Source: Longivirga aurantiaca (lineage in GTDB: Bacteria > Actinomycetota > Actinomycetes > S36-B12 > CAIYMF01). Taken from it: a DNA stretch of 32,000 nucleotides. The position numbers were made by a program, and so were the translations under genes. Of this stretch, positions 24,826 through 32,000 are shown piece after piece. Under the pieces are notes generated by a model. It had not been told where the DNA came from, searched no databases, and worked only from the letters and a program-made list of their open reading frames with translations. The stretch lies in the NCBI RefSeq assembly GCF_042660085.1, contig NZ_JBHSTI010000008.1, positions 930,001 through 962,000 of the forward strand, written 5' to 3'. Position 1 is the stretch's first letter, and each line of letters opens with the position of its first letter.

Positions 24826-25296
24826 TCAGAGGTCGAACGCGTAGCAGAGCGTGCGCTCGTCGTGGGCGAACTGGCCGTAGCGCTCGATCTGGCGCCACCC
24901 CAGCCGCTCGTACAGCGCGATCGCCTCGTGCTGCGGCGTGCCCGTGTCGAGCCACAGCGCTCGGTAGCCGGCCGACCGCGCCACCTGCACGAGGTGCGCC
25001 ATCAGCAGCCGCGAGTGCCCGTGCCCGCGTGCTTCGGGGATCACGTACACGCGCTTGACCTCGCCGATGTGCGGCGGCGCGTCCTTCACGGTGGACGCGA
25101 GCGGCTGCACCGCACCGCACCCGACGACCGAGCCCGCGTCGTCCTGCACGATCAGCCATCGCGTGTGCTCGTGCAGCGCGAGGAGCGGTGTCTCGCCCTC
25201 GGTCTCGCCGTAGCGCTGCGCCATCTCGGCCCAGTACGCCGACATCAGCGGTGGGATCCGTGGGTCGTCGGCGTCGACGGGCAGGGTGCTCGGCAC
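24826..25296 (-). CDS. GNAT-family N-acetyltransferase (paralogue 1)
   Basis: The acetyl-CoA binding core is VKRVYVIPEARGHGHSRLLMAHLVQVARSAGYRALWLDTG..AIALYERLGW. The start is placed at GTG 25296, after GGGAGA. The paralogue at 25702-26238 aligns from the same VP.. N-terminus. Confidence 0.75.
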   Translation of the reverse strand: MPSTLPVDADDPRIPPLMSAYWAEMAQRYGETEGETPLLALHEHTRWLIVQDDAGSVVGCGAVQPLASTVKDAPPHIGEVKRVYVIPEARGHGHSRLLMAHLVQVARSAGYRALWLDTGTPQHEAIALYERLGWRQIERYGQFAHDERTLCYAFDL

Positions 25297-25365
25297 GGCC
25301 CCGATTCTCCCATCGGTCGCACGTCCCGCGCTGCAGGGCGCGCCTCGTGCCGACCGCGACAACGG

Positions 25366-25689
25366 TCACGCGAAGTGCAGCCGGGCGGACCAGACGGCGG
25401 CGACGAGCGCGACGGTGGTGACAACCAGGATGACGGTCGTCAGCGCGACCACGCCGGCCGGGATCCGTGCGTCGAAGCAGAGGAAGGCGCACACGGGGTA
25501 GGCCACGGCGATGACGAGCGAGCAGACGAGCAGACCCAGAGTGCCGGCGGCCGAGTCATGCCTGCCGAACAGCAGGACGGTGGCCAGCCAGACGAGCGGC
25601 GTCAGAAGGACGACAGCAGAGCCGAGGAGGTAGCGGCCGAGCCCGATGCGTGCTGTGCCGGTGCTGATGGTCCGCGTGCCTGGCGACAT
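25366..25689 (-). CDS. Small membrane protein (about 3 TM), unknown function
   Basis: 107 aa with three hydrophobic segments. It is packed between the two GNAT genes, 12 nt after the upstream stop. Third-position GC is high. I recognise no family. Confidence 0.55.
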   Translation of the reverse strand: MSPGTRTISTGTARIGLGRYLLGSAVVLLTPLVWLATVLLFGRHDSAAGTLGLLVCSLVIAVAYPVCAFLCFDARIPAGVVALTTVILVVTTVALVAAVWSARLHFA

Positions 25690-25701
25690 ACGTCCACCGC
25701 C

Positions 25702-26238
25702 TTACCCCGGCTTCCCGACGGTGTCATTGTCGGACGATCCGGGCTTCGATGCGCGCCCGCCGCCCCCACCGGCCGGCTGCACGTGCAGGCCGAAGCAGAC
25801 CGAGCGCTCGTCGGCGTAGGGGCCGTAGGCCGCGATCCGGTGCCAGCCGAGGCGTTCGTACAGCGAGACCGCGATCGGCTGCAGGTCGCCTGTCTCGAGC
25901 CACAGCTCGGTGTAGCCGAGGGACGGCGCGAGCGCGGTGACCGCGGCCATGAGACGCCGGGAGTGGCCGGCGCCACGGGCCGAGGGCACGACGTACACGC
26001 GCTTCACCTCGCCCTGGGCGGTCGGAGCGTCGGGCACGGCGACCGACAGCGGGATCACACCCGCGCAGCCGACCGGCTCGCCGTCGTCGGACCGCAGCAC
26101 CAGCCAGGCACCGCCCGGGGGCACGAGCTTCCAGGTGCCGACGTCGCCGCCGTACAGGCCGATCATCTCCTCGACCATCGCGGTGACGAGGCCGACGAAG
26201 GCGGGGTCGTCCTCGGTGACGCGGTCGATGCGGGGCAC
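25702..26238 (-). CDS. GNAT-family N-acetyltransferase (paralogue 2) with a Gly-rich C-terminal tail
   Basis: VKRVYVVPSARGAGHSRRLMAAVTALAPSLGYTELWLETG..AVSLYERLGW aligns colinearly with the 24826-25296 product. It has an extra tail, QPAGGGGGRASKPGSSDNDTVGKPG. Only the 3' 537 nt of the 591-aa track ORF looks like real protein sequence. Confidence 0.75.
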   Translation of the reverse strand: MPRIDRVTEDDPAFVGLVTAMVEEMIGLYGGDVGTWKLVPPGGAWLVLRSDDGEPVGCAGVIPLSVAVPDAPTAQGEVKRVYVVPSARGAGHSRRLMAAVTALAPSLGYTELWLETGDLQPIAVSLYERLGWHRIAAYGPYADERSVCFGLHVQPAGGGGGRASKPGSSDNDTVGKPG

Positions 26239-26400
26239 CGCGCGACTCTGCCAGACGCGGCTGCGCGCGCCACCTGGCCCCAGGTGCGCGAGAAGGGGGA
26301 AGAGCACGCCCCTCACGGGACGGTTCTGGCCTGAGCGGAGGAATGGAACCGGGGGTGAGGCGTGGCGGCGACCCGCGGGCGGATCGGTCACACTGGGGGG

Positions 26401-27567
26401 ATGCGCGACGTCGTGATCCTCGGGAGCACCGGGTCCATCGGGACCCAGGCGCTCGACGTCGTGACGCGCAACCCCGAGGCCTTCCGCGTCGTCGCGATCG
26501 CCGCCGGCGGCGCCGACGTCGGGTCGCTCGCCGCCCAGGCAGCTGAGTTCGCCGTGCCGGTGGTCGCCGTCGCCGACGAGAGCCGGCTGCCCGCGCTGCG
26601 GGAGGCCCTTGCCGCGCACGGCATCACGCCCACCGTCCTCGCCGGCCCCGACGCGGCCACCGAGGCCGCGGCGCTCTCCGCCGACGTCGTGCTCAACGGC
26701 ATGACCGGCTCGATCGGCCTGCGCCCCACTCTGGCCGCCCTCGAGGCGGGCACGGTCCTCGCCCTCGCCAACAAGGAGTCGCTCGTCGCGGGCGGCCCGC
26801 TGGTGAAGGCCGCGGCCAAGCCGGGTCAGATCGTCCCCGTCGACTCCGAGCACTCCGCCCTCGCGCAGTGCCTGCGCGGCGGCACGGCCGACGAGGTGCG
26901 CCGGCTCGTCCTCACCGCGAGCGGCGGACCGTTCCGCGGCAGGCGGCGCAGCGAGCTCACCGCCGTCACGCCCGAGCAGGCGCTCGCGCACCCCACGTGG
27001 AGCATGGGCCCGGTCGTCACCACCAACTCCGCCACGATGGTCAACAAGGCCCTCGAGGTGATCGAGGCGCACCTCCTGTTCGACGTCCCCCTCGAGCGCA
27101 TCGACGTCGTCGTGCACCCGCAGTCGATGGTCCACTCGATGGTCGAGTTCGTCGACGGCTCGACCGTGGCGCAGGTCAGCCCGCCCGACATGCGCCTGCC
27201 GATCGCCCTCGGCCTGTCCTGGCCCGACCGCGTCCCGCACCCCGGCTACGGCTGCGACTGGACCACTGCGTCCACCTGGACCTTCGAGCCGCTCGACGAC
27301 GAGGCCTTCCCGGCGGTCGCCCTCGCCCGGCACGCGGCCACCGAGGGGGGCACCGCGCCCGCAGTGCTCAACGCCGCCAACGAGGAGCTGGTCGCGGCGT
27401 TCTTCGACCGGCGCCTGCCGTTCCTCGGCATCGTCGACACCCTCACCACCGTGGTCGCCGAGCACCTCGCCCAGCACCAGGGGAACCCCCGTGACGTCGA
27501 CGACGTCCTAGCGGCGGAGGACTGGGCCCGTGCGCGCGCCCGCGAGCTGACGGGACGGGCGACGTGA
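26401..27567 (+). CDS. dxr: 1-Deoxy-D-xylulose-5-phosphate reductoisomerase
   Basis: Diagnostic Dxr segments: [91 protein letters not shown]. Confidence 0.93.
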   Translation: MRDVVILGSTGSIGTQALDVVTRNPEAFRVVAIAAGGADVGSLAAQAAEFAVPVVAVADESRLPALREALAAHGITPTVLAGPDAATEAAALSADVVLNGMTGSIGLRPTLAALEAGTVLALANKESLVAGGPLVKAAAKPGQIVPVDSEHSALAQCLRGGTADEVRRLVLTASGGPFRGRRRSELTAVTPEQALAHPTWSMGPVVTTNSATMVNKALEVIEAHLLFDVPLERIDVVVHPQSMVHSMVEFVDGSTVAQVSPPDMRLPIALGLSWPDRVPHPGYGCDWTTASTWTFEPLDDEAFPAVALARHAATEGGTAPAVLNAANEELVAAFFDRRLPFLGIVDTLTTVVAEHLAQHQGNPRDVDDVLAAEDWARARARELTGRAT

Positions 27568-28913
27568 TCCTGCTGGAGATGCTGGGCTGGCTCATCTTCC
27601 TGATCGGCGTGGGGGTGTCCATCGGCCTGCACGAGGTAGGTCACCTGCTGCCCGCGAAGGCCTTCGGCGTCAAGGTCACGCAGTACATGGTGGGCTTCGG
27701 CCCCACCGCCTGGGCCAGGCGCCGGGGCGAGACCGAGTACGGCGTGAAGTGGATCCCGCTCGGCGGCTACATCCGCATGATCGGCATGTACCCGCCCGAG
27801 AAGGGCGCCGACCCGACCATGCTCCGCGCGTCGAGCACCGGCCGCTGGTCGACCCTGATCAACGACGCGCGGCAGGCCTCGCTCGAGGAGGTCAAGCCGG
27901 AGGACGCCGACCGCGTCTTCTACAAGCTCCCCGTCCGCAAGCGCATCGTCGTGATGCTCGGCGGACCGGTGATGAACCTGCTCCTCGCACTCGTGATGTT
28001 CACCATCGTGATCTCGGCGATCGGGCTCCAGGTCGACCTGCAGGGCAACCCCAACCTCACGAACCGCGTGGGCGCCGTCGTCCAGTGCCTGCCGACGAAG
28101 GACGACCCGCAGGGCGATGCGGCTGCCAACGGCGAGTGCTCCGGCTCCACCCCGACCCCGGCGTACGCCGGCGGCCTCAAGGTGGCCGACACGATCCTCT
28201 CGGTGGCGGGAACCCCCACGGCCACCTGGGAGGAGGTGCAGGCAGCGATCAAGGCCGCGCCGACCGGTGACGTCGTGGTGGTGGTCGACCGCGAGGGCGA
28301 GCAGGTCGTGCTCACGGTGCCGCTCGAGGCGATCGACCGGCCTGTCCTCGATGAGGAGGGCAACCCCACGGGTGAGACCGAGGAGCGCAACTTCCTCGGC
28401 ATCGCGCCCGCCACCGAGCGCGTCACCCAGCCCGTCACGGCCGTCCCCGGCTACGTGTGGGACCTCTCGGTCCGCTCGGTCGCGACCATCGTCACCCTGC
28501 CCGTGCGGCTCTGGGAGCTCGCGGTGTCGACGTTCACCGACGCGCCGCGCGACGACCAGGGCATCGTCGGCCCGGTCGGAGTCGGGCGCATCACCGGCGA
28601 GATCGTCGCGCTCGACGACACCCCGGTGATCGACAAGACGGCGTACATCCTCAGCCTGCTCGCGGGTCTCAACCTCTTCCTCTTCCTGTTCAACCTCATC
28701 CCGCTGCTGCCGCTCGACGGCGGCCACGTCGCGGGAGCGGTCTGGGAGTCGATCAAGCGCGGCTGGGCGAGGCTCCGGCACAAGCCCGACCCGGGCCCTG
28801 TCGACATCGCCAAGGCGCTGCCGGTCACCTATGTGATCTCGATCTTCCTGGTCGGGATGGGCGCCCTGGTGCTGCTCGCCGACCTCATCGAGCCGATCTC
28901 CCTGCGCGGCTGA
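27564..28913 (+). CDS. rip1: Site-2 (RIP) zinc metalloprotease, M50 family with PDZ domain (Rip1/RseP)
   Basis: HEVGHLL (HExxH) sits in TM1. There is a central PDZ-like region and a C-terminal [12 protein letters not shown] motif. The GTG start overlaps the dxr stop (GTGA). The dxr-rip1-ispG order is the conserved actinobacterial arrangement. Confidence 0.9.
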   Translation: MILLEMLGWLIFLIGVGVSIGLHEVGHLLPAKAFGVKVTQYMVGFGPTAWARRRGETEYGVKWIPLGGYIRMIGMYPPEKGADPTMLRASSTGRWSTLINDARQASLEEVKPEDADRVFYKLPVRKRIVVMLGGPVMNLLLALVMFTIVISAIGLQVDLQGNPNLTNRVGAVVQCLPTKDDPQGDAAANGECSGSTPTPAYAGGLKVADTILSVAGTPTATWEEVQAAIKAAPTGDVVVVVDREGEQVVLTVPLEAIDRPVLDEEGNPTGETEERNFLGIAPATERVTQPVTAVPGYVWDLSVRSVATIVTLPVRLWELAVSTFTDAPRDDQGIVGPVGVGRITGEIVALDDTPVIDKTAYILSLLAGLNLFLFLFNLIPLLPLDGGHVAGAVWESIKRGWARLRHKPDPGPVDIAKALPVTYVISIFLVGMGALVLLADLIEPISLRG

Positions 28914-28960
28914 CGCCGCGTCGGGTGTCGGCCCGGCGCGCTCGGGGTGAGAATGGGGTC

Positions 28961-30136
<1,176 letters not shown>

Positions 30137-30137
30137 C

Positions 30138-31058
30138 TCAGCCGCGCAGCAGGTCGGCGAGCGCGCGCAGGCCGGATCCGTCCTCGCGCTCCCATCCGGC
30201 CATCAGCTCCGGCAGGGGCGCGGGCAGCCGGCAGACGAGCCGGCGGTGCACGGGCCGGATCCGCAGCAGCCAGTCGCGGAGGTCGCGCAGGTCGGCACCC
30301 CTCTCCGGCTCGACGTAGAGGCGTACGCCGTCGACGATCGACGACTCGTCCTCGATCCGCCGCATCGGGCAGGTCTCATGGGCCGCGAGCAGCGCAGCGC
30401 GCGCGTCGCGGACCGTGTCGTGCAGCTGCTCCGGGCCCACGCCGTACGGGATCGCGGTGATCACGAGGTGCCCGCCCTCGGCGCGGATCGTGCTGTCGAC
30501 CGTGAGCGTCACCTCTCGCCCGGCGCGAAGCCCCGCGAGGTCGCCACTGATCTCGCACCCGGTCGGCAGCGCGGGCGGGCCGAGGTCGGCGCGACCTGCC
30601 AGCAGCGCACCCACCACCGACGCCGGGTCGTACGGCGGATGCGCTCCTCCGCGGAAGAGCGTGCCCTCCACCAGGCCGAGCGGGACGGGTCCGACCTCCT
30701 GCCGCTCGGACGCGAGGGCGAGCGCCCCGACGGGGGAGAGCCGCACGTCGACCTGCTCCGGGTCGGCGGGCCCGGCGTCGCGCGAGCCGGCGTTGCCGAG
30801 CAGCTCGACCAGCGGCAGGTGCACCGACCAGGGGACGCCTCGTCGCACGAGGCGGGCGTAGGCGTCGCGCGGGTCGGCCCCGCTCCGCTGCGCCACCACC
30901 TGGAGCACGCGCGCGCAGACCACCGGCTCGCCGGCGTCGTCCGCACCGAGCAGGTCGACGGCGTCGAGCAGGGCGGCCTCGACCGAGTCGAGACCGGTGC
31001 GCGTGCTGACCACGACGTCCGTCACGGGGAGACGGTACGGCGAGGTGCCCTTCGTCAC
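30138..31058 (-). CDS. GyrA/ParC N-terminal-domain-like protein, truncated and lacking the catalytic Tyr
   Basis: 306 aa, colinear with about residues 35-365 of E. coli GyrA as recalled. Matching blocks are [28 protein letters not shown] / [39 protein letters not shown] / IIVHEIPYQV and [15 protein letters not shown] / LRDESDKDGMRIVIE. The active-site AAMRYTE segment reads ADPEQVD. The GTG start at 31058 is uncertain, with GTG 31025 as an alternative. Confidence 0.7.
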   Translation of the reverse strand: [306 protein letters not shown]

Positions 31059-31137
31059 AGCCGTCGATCGCCCTGCCCGGTCGCCGCGCGCGAGATATTA
31101 CTAGCGGGTAACATAGGGATCGATCAAGGAGGTCGCC

Positions 31138-31356
31138 ATGACCAGCACCCTGCACCTTCCGCCCGCCGTCGAGCACGCCGCGCACGAGGTCGTCCACCAG
31201 GCAGGGGCCGTGACCCACCAGGTTGCCGTCGCCGCGCACGGGATGACCGATGCTGCGCACCACCTCGGCGATGCCGTCGTCGACGTGCTGCTGTCGCCGC
31301 TCACCCCCGACCTCGCCGACTTCCACGTCGAGTTCACCGAGGACGACATCCTCTGA
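31138..31356 (+). CDS. 72-aa acidic protein with heptad-spaced histidines, unknown function
   Basis: AAGGAGG lies 6 nt upstream of the ATG, after an AT-rich stretch (GATATTACTAGCGGGTAACATAGGGATCGATC). Third-position GC is mostly high. The protein has no Lys, Arg or Cys, and has 9 His and 11 Asp/Glu. Confidence 0.6.
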   Translation: MTSTLHLPPAVEHAAHEVVHQAGAVTHQVAVAAHGMTDAAHHLGDAVVDVLLSPLTPDLADFHVEFTEDDIL

Positions 31357-31405
31357 CCCGTCCGCCCTCCGGCGATTCGCCCCCGATCTGGTTGCCTCTC
31401 GCCGC

Positions 31406-31431
31406 GATTGGTCGTGAAGTAGCGACCAATC
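31406..31431. terminator. Hairpin between the convergent small ORF and DUF559-type gene
   Basis: GATTGGTCG (31406-31414) pairs with CGACCAATC (31423-31431). It is flanked by an imperfect outer pairing, CCGATCTGG / CCAGATtcaTCGG. Confidence 0.45.
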
Positions 31432-31442
31432 CGGGGCCAGAT

Positions 31443-32000
31443 TCATCGGGTTCTCGCGTCCCTGAGCGCCTCGGTCACGCGTGCCACGACGCGTTGTGGC
31501 GCGCCCCACGTCTCGTCGGAGGTCCAGCGCACGAAGCGGTAGCCCATGCGTCGGAGCGAGTCCTCGCGCACCTTCTCCGCGCGGAGCGACTCGCGGTCGC
31601 GCAGTTTGCCCCATCCGTCTGCCTCGCCGATGACGCGCAGCGTGCGCCACAGGAAGTCCAGGGGGTAGCGTCGGCCGTCGTCGTCGACCACCCACGCCTG
31701 CAGCTCGGGACGGGGCAGATCGGCCTCGATGAACAGCCCCCTCGACGCCGACTCGAGCGGTGTCTCGGCAAGGCGGTCGGCCGCCTCGATCGCGCGCCGC
31801 AACCCCGCCCGGCCGTAGACGAACCGTGTCCGGTCGAGGGCCCCGTACAGGTCGCGCCGCGGCACGCTCCGGAGTGCCGCGTCGAGCACGACCAACGCCT
31901 CGGGGAGGGGCCGGAACCGAGCCAGGTCGATCGCGGTCCTCGCGACCGACGTCACCGGGAGTCCGTACGCCGCATGTCGGTCCTCCTCGGCGACGTCGGC
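31443..32000 (-). CDS. DUF559/restriction-endonuclease-fold domain protein (partial; N-terminus beyond the right edge)
   Basis: The C-terminal part ..PELQAWVVDDDGRRYPLDFLWRTLRVIGEADGWGKL..REDSLRRMGYRFVRWTSDE is typical of the multi-copy actinobacterial DUF559-type family. The frame stays open upstream of the track's GTG (31955) to the window end (..ADVAEEDRHAAYGLPVTSVARTAIDLAR). Confidence 0.7.
   Translation of the reverse strand, partial: ADVAEEDRHAAYGLPVTSVARTAIDLARFRPLPEALVVLDAALRSVPRRDLYGALDRTRFVYGRAGLRRAIEAADRLAETPLESASRGLFIEADLPRPELQAWVVDDDGRRYPLDFLWRTLRVIGEADGWGKLRDRESLRAEKVREDSLRRMGYRFVRWTSDETWGAPQRVVARVTEALRDARTR

Noticed and set aside
25297-25362. N-terminal extension of GNAT paralogue 1 from a TTG at 25362
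   Set aside because: The extra 22 residues (MSRSARGAPCSAGRATDGRIGA) have no counterpart in the paralogue. The GTG at 25296 has a GGGAGA ribosome-binding site and aligns with the paralogue's start. The TTG start cannot be fully excluded.
31101-31349. 82-aa minus-strand ORF antisense to the heptad-His ORF
   Set aside because: It has no ribosome-binding site. It would start inside the convergent hairpin region, and its translation is Ser/Thr/Ala/Trp-rich without pattern. The plus-strand ORF has the strong AAGGAGG site and the ordered His periodicity.

Overview
High-GC (about 70-75%) actinobacterial chromosome; Micrococcales-like is only a guess from composition and gene content. The window is densely coding core genome. 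I found no tRNA, rRNA, CRISPR array, transposase or integrase. Left to right: (1) an ECF sigma/anti-sigma pair, sigK-rskA. (2) A polyamine uptake and catabolism block: a PucR-family regulator divergent from a PatD-like aminobutyraldehyde dehydrogenase, potD/A/B/C-type ABC transporter genes, a PuuB-like FAD oxidase, a membrane protein and mmsA. (3) A mixed stretch with an XRE-HTH::DUF805 fusion, a VOC protein, an internally deleted and frameshifted APC permease pseudogene, a MarR with a C-terminal 4-Cys tail, a saccharopine-dehydrogenase-family gene, an SDR and a fasciclin lipoprotein. (4) A GABA shunt module: gabT divergent from a second PucR regulator plus a succinate-semialdehyde-type aldehyde dehydrogenase. 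(5) A GNAT / small membrane protein / GNAT operon. (6) The conserved dxr-rip1-ispG isoprenoid/site-2-protease cluster. (7) At the right edge, a truncated GyrA-like protein without the catalytic tyrosine, divergent from a 72-aa acidic protein with His every seventh residue, then a partial DUF559-type gene. The most unusual items are the dead GyrA-like protein and the heptad-His protein. Also notable is that SigK, RskA, Rip1 and a fasciclin protein sit together, since these form one regulatory circuit in mycobacteria. No clear-cut novel multi-gene system could be demonstrated from sequence alone. Most very long ORFs in the supplied track are antisense artefacts of high GC content.
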